NCBI GenBank assembly: GCA_050084985.1
Contig: JBITNC010000002.1
Location: 38,688,001 to 38,752,000, forward strand
DNA: 64,000 nucleotides
Direction: 5' to 3'
From: Nageia nagi
Lineage: Eukaryota; Plantae; Pinophyta
The notes under the pieces: model-generated
The model's database searches: none
What the model saw: only the letters and a program-made list of their open reading frames with translations
What the model was told of the DNA's origin: nothing
Made by a program: the position numbers and the translations under genes
Part shown: positions 24,627 through 39,057 of the stretch, piece by piece
How the letters are laid out: the number at the start of each line of letters is the position of its first letter
Numbering within the stretch: position 1 is the first letter of the stretch

Positions 24627-25427
24627 CTATCAACTTGATTTACCAAGTCATCATGTTTCCATAGATTTCTTGATAAGATCGGTTCCCCTCCCTTAAAGAG
24701 GAAGCCAATGATTAGAGCAATAGCATGATATTAAAATATTTTTTGGCATGTGATATGATTTGATATGACAAGCAAATTTTCATGAAATTATCTGATAAGC
24801 ATCATTTATGATAAGCAATAGATAAAATCTTGTGCAAAGTACCATATAATATATCTTATACTATAGAATGAAAACTGATTATGCAATAGCATGTTTAATT
24901 GCGATATTGCTAGTATTCATGCAATAGACATTCATATAATCTAAAAAATGTAATTCGTTTAAAGAATAGAGATATGTTTGTCTTCATTTTAACATAGATA
25001 CAAATTACCGATGTGAAAATAACCAGCTATCATTCTCATAAATCAATTGATTTCCAATAAATGTTAATATAATTTACTTTTTACCTTTCTTCCTTAACTT
25101 ATTAATAAAATAAAAATAATAATCAAAATTAGTTAATATCTTATAGATTGTAAATATAAATCATACAATTTACTCTTTCCAATACTACGAAGTAATTCTT
25201 AAAAGAAAAAAAATAATCTTAAAATATATTTTATATAGTTTTAAATAAAATAGTAATAAGAATGTTTAAGTTTATGAATAATTATTTTTGAGTTACGGTT
25301 AATTTTATTATCTAGAATATTATTTAAATTTAATATAATATAATCAAAATTATTAAAATGTTAGAAATAAAATATTAAATAAGTTTTTGATTTTTATTTT
25401 ATTGTAATTTAGAATTAAATATTATAT

Positions 25428-25430
25428 TAT

Positions 25431-25499
<69 letters not shown>
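25428..25499. repeat. (TA)n microsatellite upstream of paralog A
   Basis: Seen directly. Confidence 0.95.
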
Positions 25500-25502
<3 letters not shown>

Positions 25503-26022
25503 AAATTAGATTAGAAAAAAACTATTCTTGGACTTTCTAAAATTATGATTGAATAGATAATAGGGAGTTGCCCCTGACATATACCTCTTATAATTCGTAA
25601 AAAAATTCAAAAAAGTAAATTATCATAATCTTTTCACATAAAACCTCTAAATGATTTCATGTTTGGGCTTCAACATCGACGTTATAGCCCAACGAATTAA
25701 TCGTCTGACAGAATTTCAAAAACATATGATGAAATCGTGGAAGGTTATTACTCACATGCACTGTTTGGTCCCGTGATTGGAAAGCCGTCATCTGCACCGT
25801 ACTGTACATATGAAAAATCTTGAAAGACAAAGCATGTTGCCAAGTTCATGTAGCAGAGAGATGCAGATGCAATGGAAATGGATAAGGAAAGAAAGTAATA
25901 TCCACGTTTTTCATTCGCAAATTTTCATTTCCAACGAGTTTAATGGCTTCCATTCACTACAGAACACATAGTTCTCCTCTCTTCCTAGTACATGAAAATC
26001 ATGTCACCTGCCTACCTGTGGC

Positions 26023-26030
26023 TATAAATA
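26023..26030 (+). promoter_or_regulatory. TATA box of paralog A
   Basis: GCTATAAATAC 95 bp upstream of the ATG at 26118. Confidence 0.7.
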
Positions 26031-26117
26031 CACCACAATTGTTTCCAACTTTCTCAACAACAAACGAGTTCCTCTACTTCTTGATCAGTAGGCTCCTGAA
26101 GAGGAGAATCAATAGCC

Positions 26118-27748
26118 ATGTTTTCAGTTGATTTTAGGAATTTGCCCACCTGGGGAATGTCTCTAGTTAGAGTTGAGAATGTTGATGAAGTTGTGAAGAA
26201 ACAACTTCAGGAAGTACCAGAGAGATACATAAGAAGTGATGAAGAGAGACCAACATCCCCAACAACACTTTGTGATCATCAGGTTGACATACCCGTGATT
26301 GACATGGCCAAGATTGCACACCCACAACATAGACAACAAGAGATAAGTAGGATTGCTGAGGCTTGTCAAGATTGGGGTTTCTTTCAGGCATGGTTTGAAT
26401 TATGGATTTCGGCCTACTGAGCAATTGATTTTTTTTTTTTTCCCAATGATATTAATGTGATGAACTTGTTGCAGGTTGTTAATCATGGTATACCTCAATC
26501 ACTAATTGACAGAGTGAAGAGAGTTGGGAAGGAGTTTTTCCAGCTGCCACCGGCAGTGAAACAGAGGTATGCAGTGAGGTCAGGTGATTTGCAGGGATAT
26601 GGGCAGACCTTCGTTGTGTCTGAACATCAGAAGTTGGATTGGGGGAATCTGTTAGGGTTGATCATATCTCCCACAGAGCTCAAAAACCTCAAAATTTGGC
26701 CTACTGAAATTGTTGCTTTCAGGTAATCTCTATCCATGTCGTAGATAAGCATAAGCTATAGAAACTAGTTAATCTTTGCCCGATTCGACCAAAACTTTTG
26801 GGCCTATATCGCCCTATGCTTATAATAGGTTTGGCTAGGAACTGTTGGAATGGTTGGAACTGGTAAAAAAAAATTGGATCTCTGGTTTTGATTCGTTCAA
26901 CTGATTTTGGGCAGAGATCAGCACCATCCTAAGCTATATAGGATAGATTCTTAATTAAAAAAAATTGGAAACTAAATTCTAAGGTCTTGCTATTATTCAT
27001 TTGCCTTGGGATGATATAATAGAAAAGTTTTACTTATATAGATTGATTATTTTATGGGTTTTGCAGGGAAAGTGTGGAAGCATACAATTCTGAAACCAGA
27101 AGACTTGCTGAAACATTGTTGGCTTTGATAGCTGAGACATTGCAATTGCCATCTGATTTCTTTGAGAATAAGTTTGGCAATGTTTACCAAAAGATGAGGA
27201 TGAATTATTATCCCCCATGCATTAGGCCAGATCTTGTTCTTGGCCTAAGTGCACATGCAGACATGACTGGCCTTACATTATTGCTGCAAGATGACGAAGC
27301 CGCAGGATTACAGATTCACAAGAATGGCGAATGGACATTTGTGCAACCGATCCCTTATGCTCTAGTAATCAACATTGGAAACCTGATAGAGGTAAACATA
27401 TTTTGGAATCTCTTTTCTATTTCAGTTACAATTTGAAATGCTGGCTTTGATTTTTAAGGGGTAGAGATATAAGTGCAGGTTATGACAAACGGAAGATACA
27501 AGAGCATTGAACACCGAGCAGTAACAAATAAGGATAAAGGGAGGCTTTCAATTGCCGTGTTCGTTGCTCCTGGATTCAATGAAGAAATTGCTCCTGCTGA
27601 TCAACTTGTTGATGAAACTCATCCATGTTTGTTCAGGAAATTTATACACGGGGATTACATAAAACATTACTTTTCTCGCAAAGTGGAGGGAAAGAATTCT
27701 TTGTATGATTATGCGGCCTCAGGAACTCCCATCAAAGTTCTAGTCTAA
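26118..27748 (+). CDS. 2-oxoglutarate/Fe(II)-dependent dioxygenase (DOXC class, SRG1/LBO-like), paralog A; exons 26118-26387, 26475-26722, 27067-27391, 27479-27748; ~370 aa
   Basis: Spliced ORF is open (270+248+325+270 nt). DIOX_N motifs VPERYIR, IPVID, WGFFQ/VVNHG; NYYPPC; Fe ligands H-x-D (HAD) and H (SIEHRAV); 2OG-binding R-x-S (RLS). Introns: GC-AG (26388-26474), GT-AG, GT-AG. Confidence 0.95.
26761..26929. mobile_element. Small MITE-like insertion in intron 2 of paralog A
   Basis: Flanked by 9-bp direct repeat TAAGCTATA (26752-26760; 26930-26938). Imperfect inverted ends (TAATCTTTGCCC / GGGCAGAGATCA). Accounts for intron 2 being 344 bp versus 150 bp in paralog B. Confidence 0.6.
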
Positions 27749-29214
27749 CAAAATTTAGATATCATTAGACCACCTCTTATATAGAAAACTCAATGTGCCT
27801 CCTCTATTGCATGTATAGACACTGCGAATTGCTCATTTCGCCATTGCATCTGTTTAGCTATAGTTTTTCATAATTTCAGATGATCCATCAACTCCATGAT
27901 CTTTGAAAATTTGATTCGAATTTATACATCGTCGCGTCTACCCTCCCTTTGTCAAACTTACTCTTCTTTGTCAGATATGAAAATTGAAATTTGATTGGAA
28001 TTTCAAGTTTATGGTACTGGTTAAAAGGTTATGGCTGTACTGAATTTGATTTGAATCTCTCATTTTGGAAGCTGTACCCCTGCGACTTCTGTGAGCTTGC
28101 AGTGATGCAATTGCTTTGATGCAATCGAGAGTTTTTTTTATATTGATTTTAATTACTATTATGATGAAAGAGTTTTTTTTTTTTTCTTAATAAATAATTA
28201 AAATACACACAAAGCTCAACCATTACTCTGTTTCTACTTGCATCAAATTTAAATAAGATGGAAATATTGATAGCATGTGAAAGAAGAAAGTTTTGGAACT
28301 CATTAATGTAAGGATGGTAAAATTGAAATGTTAAAAAGCATTTAAACATAGATTCTAAAGTGTGCATAGATAATAGAGAACATCAAATCATGAATTAAAA
28401 TAATGATTTAAAATAGGAGTCCATGTGTGTATTCTTAGATAAGTCACGTTTTACATTGTTAATTTTTCCATTTATTTATTATTTGGTATCAACTGTCAAC
28501 ATCTGTATTCTTTGGGTGGAATATGAAATATTCATTTTTTTAATTTGAGAGTTTTAATATTCATTTACCTCTTCAACTATCTAGTAATTTTTATGGAAGA
28601 GAATTTTACAAACACTGAATCTAATTCTAAAAATTTTCTTTCCAAAAAAAGATGATTTCTAACAACCAATATTATTCATTAATATTTTGTTTAAATTTTA
28701 ATGTTGTAAATCATATTATATATGAAATTATGCAAATAAAGGTTATTAAAAGTTTAAAATAAGTTTAAATGGTTTTCATCAAAAGCAATATAATTTTTTT
28801 AATATTTAAATTAATGGATTTTTTTGGTGTATTAATTCAATTTTTAAGTTTATTTTTATTTTTATTAATTTTTTATTGAACATTTATTATTATAGGTTAT
28901 ATATATAGAGCATGTATCTACTTCATAATTAAAAGATTTTCTTTCATTTTTTTTTATGTCAAATTAGTTTCATTTTAAAATTAAGTTAATTTTTCATATA
29001 AATATTTTCATAAACTTGATTATCAATAAACATCATTTTTATTGATTTTGTAGTTAATTTTTCCTCAAAAATTTATTTTTAAATTTTCTCTTTTTTTTCA
29101 ATTTTAAATTTAGCTTCTTTCTTTAATTGAAAATCTTAATTTAAAAATCCCAAGTTAATAGTAAATGTGAATTAGAAGAAGTAAGGATTTAGACATAACA
29201 AGCACATAAGCATA

Positions 29215-29256
<42 letters not shown>

Positions 29257-31139
29257 TAGAATGAATGGTCACATCCTTATATAATGTATTGTAGAAGATG
29301 ATTGATTAGTCATGTAAAGAGAATATTAAAGTAGTTCTATACTTGTGTTAACCATAGTATGAATGTAAGATAAAATTGTTGTATAAAAATTGTGAATAAT
29401 AATAAGGATATGATGTTACCCTCTTATGAAATAAGAAAGAAAATCCAGCATGTGTAGGAGAGTTGGAGAGAGAGTAGCTAAAACGTCTCAAGTGGATAAT
29501 AAGAGGCCCTAGGTTCAAACTCTCCCCCCTCACATGAATGTGGATATGTAACATATGCTGGTGTTAATACCTTGCACAAACTTTAACTCATCCAAAAAAA
29601 AAGAATATCAAAGAGGATGTGACCATATCCCTAAGCAAAGAAATATATTGAAGAGAGATAAGTCATTTTAGGATAGTACCGATATGAATATGGGTGGTAT
29701 TTCTAAAGAGAAAAATAATATTAAATAGAATTATCATCATAGGAAAGAGAAGTAAAATAACTTTATTATTATTATTATATATTTCTCCCTTTGACATATT
29801 TAAACAATCCTTTAGATAAGGATGAATATTGAAAAGAAAAGTGTAAATCTAATAAAGAAGGATCGAGAAATAGGAAATGGATGAAGCTTACGAAGGAAGT
29901 TACCAAAATGTTGGACTTTATGAAATGAGAGCATCGTAGAGAGTAAAGGAAGATTCAGATGGATCTAAAGTGTCCATGGAGCAAGAAGTATACCCAAAGG
30001 GGGAAACTATGTATTTGTTGGAACTTACTCAAGAGAGGAGCACAAAGGAGAGAAGACCAACCTATATGTGGATATTAGGTAACAAACTTTTCAATGTTTT
30101 TATGTATCTTAGGCCTTCTCATGAAGGCCACATGAATATATTTTCTTGGTGATTTAATATTTTAGTTTTGATAGAAATTTCTCTATCCCTAATAGTATTC
30201 TCATGTGTTTTGTGTATGTTTGTGTTTTTGGATGAACTCCATGATCTATGAAGGACGAGTAGGTAGATAGCTTCCATGAGAGGCTTATAAAGATCCAATT
30301 ACAAAATCAAGAGTTAAAATGCTCAAACAATACATATAAACCCCCACATTTGAACTAGGGAATTGAATTAAGCATAAACTACACAAGATTACCAATGTCT
30401 TGCCAAGACTAGAAAAATCAATTATTACAAGCTCACAATTCCAACATTTGGCTTATACATGTATGAATGAATAATCAAACCATGCAATGCTATAATAGTT
30501 AAGCATAATAAGAAAAATATGACAATCCAATGCCCAACTCCTATATATTAGATAAATGATGATCAACAATATATTTTACCAAGCCCCAAGGTTAGACAAT
30601 GGCCTCCAAGGAGCCAAATAGAGCACAATGTGTGTCTCTCACTACTGAACATATGGATGGTGAATGGGACATACTTGCTCCTTTAGAACCTAAATCCTCT
30701 CCATCGAAGGAGCCCTCCTCAAATATTCAAAACCAATTAAGGTAGAAGCTCAACCTTTGAATACCATTAAATGGTCTAAGGTGTTGCACTAAATCTATAG
30801 ACTAACAAGATTGCTCAACCTGCTAATCCTCCTATATGCTACACCTAGGGATTTTCTAGCATTTTGCTAAGACACTTATCCTTTGGATGGTATCAAAGAT
30901 AATAATAATAATCAAGTATATCCAATATGAGGCTCTAATATCTTTCATAACACATCATTGGATCTGGATTACAGCTAGGAGTCATCACTTGTCTCTCATA
31001 ATCCAATGTTAGTCTTCTAAGGGCCAAGATGCCCAACATGGATGCCTAGGGTTCAAGCATGCCTAACGTGGGTACCCAAGAGAAATTAATGCCAACATGG
31101 AGGTTTGGAGTACCACACATACCTAACATGGGCCTAGGT

Positions 31140-33565
31140 TGAAGGAGTTGCAATATAACAAGAACAATCCTAAACTCCCAAGATCACATGAAAGCTCACA
31201 ATTACATCTAACAATCTTACAAAAAATCTCACAACACAAGATGTAAGTGGTTCCTCCAATTAGGAGTACATCCACTAACTAGATCTTTACTTCAATCACA
31301 AATATAAAGCTCTTACAATCCTCCTAATCTCAACTCCTACACTTCTATCCTATAGCATAACTTTACTCCACAATTGGTGGGTGATCACAAAGAGGGAGCC
31401 TTCTATTTATAGGCTAAAATCTCTCTTTAGATCACCCTTTTATCCAATGTATAAAAAGCATGATATGCACATCCTTTTACCTAAGGGGCATGCTCATGAC
31501 ATGGAGTGTAAGACAAGTTACATTATCATATTCACTTAAATGCTTAAGGTATCAAATGATACCCTTAAGTATTAGTGAACTTACATAGAAGATTTAATGC
31601 AAACCTTTACAATAATGCATTATACATTCCAACACTCCCTCTTAATGCAATATTGGGATAGAGCGAGTAAGAGAGAAGAAGAAGAGAAAGTAAGAGAGTT
31701 CTCCTCCAAATAGATACAACGAAGATGAGAACTTTTTACATATTTATGAAGTAAGAAAGATCTAGTTTGAGACTCACTACTTTGCCAAATACAATCATTA
31801 ACCACAACTGATTTTAATGTACATGAAGTAGTCATCCAACTAGAAGTCGTGAAGAGTCTCCAAGAGCCTACATACCTAGGTAAGTAACCTACAATCTCAA
31901 AGAAACCTGCAAGTCGTAAGTAGCTCAAATAACAAGATCAGTTAGATGCATCATATTTATATCAACAGGATAGATGAATCACATAAATGCCATCATGAAC
32001 TAATCAATGATGCACTATAAGTCATCACAAAGATGCCATGCCAAAAACTTATAGTCACCTATTGTATATAAAACATGTGTTGATTATCATTACAAAATAG
32101 AACATGCACATACAAGTTCCTCACATATGGATAACTAAATAGTGCCAAAAGACACATAAGAGTTCCTCACACATGGATAACTAAACAGTGCTAGATTGAC
32201 CAAAAATAGAGTATGCACATACGAGTTTCTCACATATGGATAATTGAATAGTGCCAAAACACACATAAGATTTCCTCACATATGGATAACTAAATAGTGC
32301 TACATTGACCAAAAATAGAGTATGCACATATGAGTTCCTTATATATGGATAATGAATAATGCCAAAAGACACATAAGAGTTCTTCCTCACATATGGATAA
32401 TGAAATAATGCTAAATTGGCCAATTTGTACAATAAGTTCCTCATGCAGAGCAAACTTATCATGAAGGTGTACAATAAAATCAACACTATACAGCATAAAA
32501 TCCTCCTAGGGGTGAAGTTATCATCATAAACATGAATTAAACACAAGAATGCAAACTTCATTCCCCTTGAGGGTAACTTCACCAACCTGATAGCATCCCT
32601 AAGCTTACAAAATTGAGCCTCCAGGAGGGGCTTGGTGAACAAATCAATGGAGTTCAAGGTGGATGGACAATACTCTAGTTGTATGATGCCATCAAGAACC
32701 TTCTCCTTGATAAAATGGGCATGGATTTTCACATGTTTTATTCTTTGATGGAACATTAGATTCTTAGCCAAAGAAATATCCAATTATTATCTAAAAGATC
32801 AAAGATGAGCCACCTTGCTCATACCTAATTTCTTTCAAAAGATGCTTAGTCAAATGGCTTCCTAGGCAGTAACAGACATGGCATGATATTCAACTTCTAT
32901 GGTGGAAAGAGAAATAGTAGGCTACTTCTTGGAATCCCAAGAGATAGAATCTAAACTAATGCTAAACACATATGCAAAGGTTGACTTCTTATCATCTTTA
33001 TCTCCCCCATAGTTAGAATCTAAGAATCTAAAGAGAACAAATGAGAACAACTTGGAATACTTGAGAGTAAGATCCTTAGTCCCTTCAACATACCTCAAGA
33101 TTTGTTTAATAGCATTGAGGTGCTCAACATAAGGTTTCTGCATGAATCATGCCATCAAATTCATTACAAAGGTAATATCTGCATGGATATAATCAAATAC
33201 AAAATACTACCAATTAATTACCTATAAGCTATGGCATTAGCTAACTGAAAGTTGGAGCTTAGAGAAATAGTGATTCTAAGAGATATTGGGATTGCAGCAT
33301 ATCTACACTTCTCTATTCCAAACTTCTTCAAGATATCTAATATATACTTAGATTGACTAAGGTAAATACAATCTTTGTATTGATACACTTACATTCCAAG
33401 ATAGTAGTGCAAGAGATCAAGATTAGTCATTTCAAACATTACCTTAAGTTTGTATATGCACTCTTGAATGATTTCATCATTGTTCCTAGTAATCAAAATA
33501 TCATCCACATAAAGGAGAATTAAGACCACATCTTTTCCTTGATTGAGAACATATAAATTGGAGTA
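31140..33565 (-). mobile_element. 3' portion of a decayed Ty1/copia element (RT/RNase H remnant, long 3' UTR with tandem repeats, PPT, 3' LTR 31140-31634)
   Basis: LYVDD, HLNAIKQILRYV.GT, DSNYGGD.DDKKST, FHQRIKHVKIHAHFIKEKV..DLFTKPL. PPT TAAGAGGGAG then TGTTGG. Truncated by an N gap. Confidence 0.88.
32100..32420. repeat. Minisatellite in the copia 3' UTR
   Basis: About 6 copies of the core TTCCTCACATATGGATAACTAAATAGTGC in alternating ~50/60-bp units. Confidence 0.85.
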
Positions 33566-33665
33566 NNNNNNNNNNNNNNNNNNNNNNNNNNNNNNNNNNN
33601 NNNNNNNNNNNNNNNNNNNNNNNNNNNNNNNNNNNNNNNNNNNNNNNNNNNNNNNNNNNNNNNNN
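33566..33665. other. Assembly gap (100 N)
   Basis: Run of 100 N, lying between the two dioxygenase paralogs. Confidence 1.
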
Positions 33666-35699
33666 TTTCACATGCCTAATATGCAAATTATATGAATTAA
33701 TTAATGACTTACAATGTTCTTGTATGATGAACGAAGATCTTGACCCTTCATACCACCACACATCATCAGATCAATAATTATCAAAATTATTAAGTCCTAA
33801 AATATTAATTACAAGTATTAAACCAAAAGAACAACAATTTGAACTCATTTATGCCTAAGTCCTTAGAGAGCTCAAGAATCTAAACAAAAAAGTTATAGAG
33901 TCAAGAACCAAAGTATTTTAGTAAATCATAGTTTTTAGTTAGAGGAATATCTATGGAGCACCCATAAGTTTTAAATATTGAAGGAAAAATGGACGTACAG
34001 AGAGGATAAGCATATATGGTATAACCCACATAATAACCCATAAAAATGGGAAACATTATCGAATTTCATAAAAGACATGTGGAGTAGAGAGAGAAAGAAC
34101 TATTTGATAACCTAACCTGGATGGAAGATCTAAAGCAAGAGAAGTTGTATACTTGGGAATGTACCTAAGCAATCAATACTCTGCAATATTTGAAAAAATA
34201 AGAGTGGTAAATAGGTTGAATTCTTTTGTTATAATACATTCCAACTTGGCATACTATGTGCCATTCCAAACTATCAACTGCCCAAAGTTGGTGGAGTAGA
34301 TGGGAGAAAGAATGAAGTTTAACTCCACTCAAATCATAGGGTATTCTCAACATGGAGAAGACATTAATGAAGCTTTTTGTATGATGAAGAGTTTTACAAA
34401 TAAATATTTAATAATAATGAATCTAGAACCTAATAAGTGTAAGTGTACAATCTTGGATTATGATATAATCATGGGATTCCTACAAGATCTTTTAGGAAGC
34501 ACTCAAGGTAATCTTGGAGAACCTAACCATAACTAGCTTAAAGTATCCACACACTTGGTAGGTATTGGTTGTGTTGAGTGTGATGATGGAAGTGGTAAGA
34601 AATTAGGATAGATCATGCTATGCTATCTCTAACTTGAGTTATAAATAAAGCAACATTCTATTTTGACTAGGAGAAACTTATTTTTTATGGAATTTACTAT
34701 TAACTAGTAAGGCTCAACAAATGAGGAGAGTTTCAATACTCAACATACCTTATATGGTTGGCCTTATATCAAAATCCATTTATATTTTTAAAGGTACTAG
34801 TAAATCCTCTAAAATTAGGATAGGGTATAGACCTTGATGTTAAATGTTGAGGAAGAATAACAATGGGTCATATTATGAGTTTGTAGAATATATTTTTGCC
34901 CCTTCCTAGAAAACATTAGTTGGAGTACTACCTCATATAATCCATATGAATTGTAGATTATACCTATAGGAAAAGAGATTAGAAGTGGAAGATTGGTACT
35001 TGATGAGAAATAGAATAATTATTTTGGTGTATGGATTTTCATCTACCCTCGAATTATGCCTATGTATGTTACTAGGAAAATTTGCACACTAGAGTATGCC
35101 AAACAAATTGATTAATGGTAAGCAATATGGGGAGCAATAAGGCATTTAAGAGAAATTTTAAAATACCCCTATGCAATTTTGATAGTAACCCTAGAGGTGT
35201 TGGGTCAAGCCTATACAAGGATAAAGAATATATGATTGAAGAACTCCAACTATAGACTATGGACATCACTTGGCTTGTTATGATAAACTTGACACTATCT
35301 CCTTGACAATCATGGTAAATAATAATCCCCTTAATTCAAAAATGAGTAAGGTCATATTTACAATACTTTTCCAATATGAAAGATGAATAGGTGGAAGTGT
35401 GTAAAGAATTTGATTTTAATCCAATCATCAAAACCTATATGCACTTGGAGGAGTATCCATGGAAAAAGCAATGGAGTACTAAGAGAAAAGATTTGGTGCT
35501 TTCACAAAATCTAGAGAATGAGTTGTAGATAATGGGATAGACTACCACTCAGATGCAAAACCTATAATATATCAAATTTGATAGATTCCTATATGAAATG
35601 CATCCTATATGATATGCAAAATTAGAAATTATAGTACACTAGAGGGTTGTGGAACCACCATCATATTTAGTATATTTTTCTATGAGAATTTGACTTTCT

Positions 35700-38555
35700 T
35701 TGTTTAGATTATCCATTGCATTTTCTATACCTTGAGCTGCTACTCTCTCCATAACATCGAGAGTTTCAAGTTATACTGATGGACACACTGTGTTGAGTGT
35801 TCTCACTTGCAAAAATTTATTAAGTTCAATATTAAATTGGTACTTTTTAAAAGGCCAATATTTTTACATTGTATATTCTTGTAAACAAATCTCAACTAGA
35901 TTTGACTGAAATGAAACTTTTCTTGTGCTCTCCTAACTAGTTGGATTTACAGAGCAAGAACCATCATCTCCATTACTATTTTCACATTGTTGGAGGCCTT
36001 CAAGTAGTATGGCATATTGGTGATGGTCTGATTCCTCATCACATTTATCTTAAATTTTTTTAATTCTATCTATAATCTTTGGATTTGAAGCATGGTGATG
36101 AATCTCATATTTCCCTTGTGTAATGAAGTCCAAAATTGCAACCTTCAAATCATTACAAGAATTCATAGAAAGATCCTTTCTTTAATGAAAAGTACAATAA
36201 GCATAAGGTTTTCCCATAGGAATATTATCATCTTGTGTTGTTTTCTCTAATGGATGCAATAAACCATTCTTAGTCAAATCTCTAAAAATAAACCTTGCTT
36301 ATTATTAGTAGACATATCAAATTTGAGGGCCTCTTGATCGGATGGTGGATCAAGTTTTTATTTTTCTATAATGTGGGCATCCTTTATTTTCAATGCTTCC
36401 TAAGATGTTACCTTTTGCCAAAATTATTTTTGCTTTGATTGGAAGTTGGAGTTGAATTTGAAATTGAGGTTTAGGTTGAGGTTTTTGACTATGTTATTGC
36501 TTTTGTATTCTATCTTTCTCAAATTTTTGCATATAGTACTTCCTAGCATATGGATATTGTAATAATGTATCTAGTTCTTTCCTTAGAAATACATGATATT
36601 TTACCTTCAAATCAATATCAATATAAATGCCTAACATCAAAGAATGATGGGCTACATGTGCTCTTTAATTTTCTTAAGCTGATCTTGGGGTGACAAATTT
36701 TGAAAAGCAATATCATACATCTCGAAGTCATCCATAGCTTCAAGGTTTAAATGTGCATTATAATCAATTTAAGCCATATAATCATCATCCTCATCACTAT
36801 CATTATCATGCACTTGGTTTTCTATGATTAACATATCATTTTGCACATCATCATCATTTGTAGTATTCAAGCATGAATGTGATAAACTCATTTCATCATA
36901 AGATTTTATATTGTTATTTTGCATAATATCCATATCCTTAGACATTTTTTTGTTTAGGAGAATATGCAAATAAATCACTTATCATATTCTAATATTTAAG
37001 AATACCACTTTTAGATGTAATATTCATGCTAAAATGCAAGATCTAGAGCTTTGCACAAAATTTTAAGAAATATGATAAAATAAGCACTTTTACACCATGC
37101 AAGATTGAAAACAAGCTGCTATCATGTATATCTATGATGTGGGACAAGTTTTATGAGGTTAAAAGTTTTAAAATTCAAGAAAATAACCTTCAAAATTCAA
37201 ATTTTTATGCAAAAATATTTTATTTGAAAAGCTTTAGATATCTTGGTAAAAATGCATGCAATAAGCCCAAATTAATCTCAAAAAGTTGCCTACTATGATG
37301 ACTTATGGTTTTGGCAAGTTTTTATCATGAAACAAGTCACCAAATAGTTGTAAAATATTTTCAAAATTTATGATTTTTCAATGTGATATTTTCTACAAAA
37401 CTTTTCCCAAAATTGATCAAAATATGCAAATCTAGACCTAAAAAAATTAAAAAATTTTCCCAATTATATTTATCTATGGTTTGGAAATTTTTTTCTAATG
37501 CTAGATACCACTAAATTGATTAAAATGATCTCCAAAAAATGATAATTTTTAAGAAAATAATTTTTTTTCAAAGTAATAAAATTTTCTAAATTTGGAGAAA
37601 ATTAATTCAATCAAAAATAAAATAAAACCAAGGGTTTTTAATACAAGACTCCTAAAAAAAAGTGATGCCTTAAAATAAAAATTCTAAGATTTGTAGAATC
37701 AATTAGGTTCACCAAAATGTAAACTCTAAATTGTGTAAAATACAAATATACATAATAAATATATCGATCTAAAATACAAGAAGAGCTAGATAATGTACAC
37801 TATATCAGATACAATAAATATATATGAAAAGCATGCATCTGATATGAAGCATATATACAATCCTCAAAAGTAGATAGTAATGAATCTTTGGAGGATTGGG
37901 TTCAGATTCATGGTGAGTCAATATTGGATCTTCACATGCATGAATCAACTACTCAACCATCAAAATATGGAACCCTAGATCTAAAAGACACATCATTGAT
38001 GGCCTGAGAGAAGCACATCGCTAATGGCTTAGGAGAAGCACACCATTAATTGCATAAGATATGTCGAATTATGATGTGCACCAAAGATAGAAACTCTAGA
38101 GCTCAAAGTATAACAAATTCTCAATATAAGTGGCATTTAGAGACATCATTGTAATCGACAACCACCTATCAGTGTTCTTATCATATCAAAGAGTTCTGAT
38201 ATCTAGAGATCAACTTATTCCACACATTTATATATCTTGCAAAGACATAGAAAGGAGTGAAGGTTGATCTCTTGCAATAATATAATTATTGTTATATTCA
38301 AGATACTTTAAAATAAGACCCATGATATATTATATAACATTTAATATAACACATGGCATTGCATTATAATATCCATTTATCTTGACATATATAATATTAT
38401 ATTAAATCATTTAAGAAGTCTAACTATGATGTATTAAATAAATAATAAATCATTTTTAAGCATCTACAACTATTGTTGTACAAATCATAGAAAAATTAAA
38501 TTTGATCTTCCATAACAAATACAATAAAGTAACAAAGTTAAATCAAGGGGTAACA
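35700..38555 (-). mobile_element. Decayed gypsy of the same family (LTR ~37717-38555 + gag remnant)
   Basis: Minus strand starts TGTTACCCC and ends ...TTTACA-TTTTGGTGAACC. Gag remnant AYCTFH..CNDLKVAILDFITQGKYEI at ~36100-36200. Confidence 0.72.
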
Positions 38556-39057
38556 TCAAGTACTTTCTTTTAGTAGTTTATCAATTTTTAGTAAGAGAAA
38601 ACTATTGCATCAAAATTTAATTTAGAAACAAAAAATCATTGTACAAAATTCATTAATGTTTTACATGGTAAATCAAGTAATTCTAGTAGATAAGATATAA
38701 AAAATCCTACATGATCCAATTATTATAGCAGATAGGCTATTCAAAACCTTAGAATGGATGTTCTTATTTAAACCAAATCATAGTAATCCCATGATGACCA
38801 ATGAACATTTTTTTATTCTTTTGGGGTATCATTAAAGACTCAAAACTATGGAGCTTTCACAATAAAAAATTCAACAAAATTTATCAATAAAATACAAACA
38901 TTCTTATTCACTATAGAAATGCCAGTGGTTTTCAATTATTAATAATAAAAACTAAAAATAATCAGATTTAGTTATGGGTAATAGAAAAATTTAGATAGAT
39001 AAGATAATCCAATAAATAAGATGAGAATGAACTTATTTGGACCAATACATCTAGCAA

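Noticed and set aside
26391-26396. Alternative GT donor near paralog A exon 1
   Set aside because: GT at 26393 gives a frame incompatible with the VVNHG exon; the GC donor matches paralog B.
26163-26424. Antisense ORFs over dioxygenase and copia coding regions
   Set aside because: Shadow frames of real coding sequence, with no independent motifs.
32100-32420. CRISPR-like repeat-spacer look
   Set aside because: The 'spacers' are themselves repeated, the context is a eukaryotic retroelement, and there are no cas genes.
32181-32783. 200-aa ORF with repeated YPYVRKSYV motifs as a novel protein
   Set aside because: It is the copia RNase H tail reading through into the 3' UTR minisatellite; the peptide repeats are translated DNA repeats.
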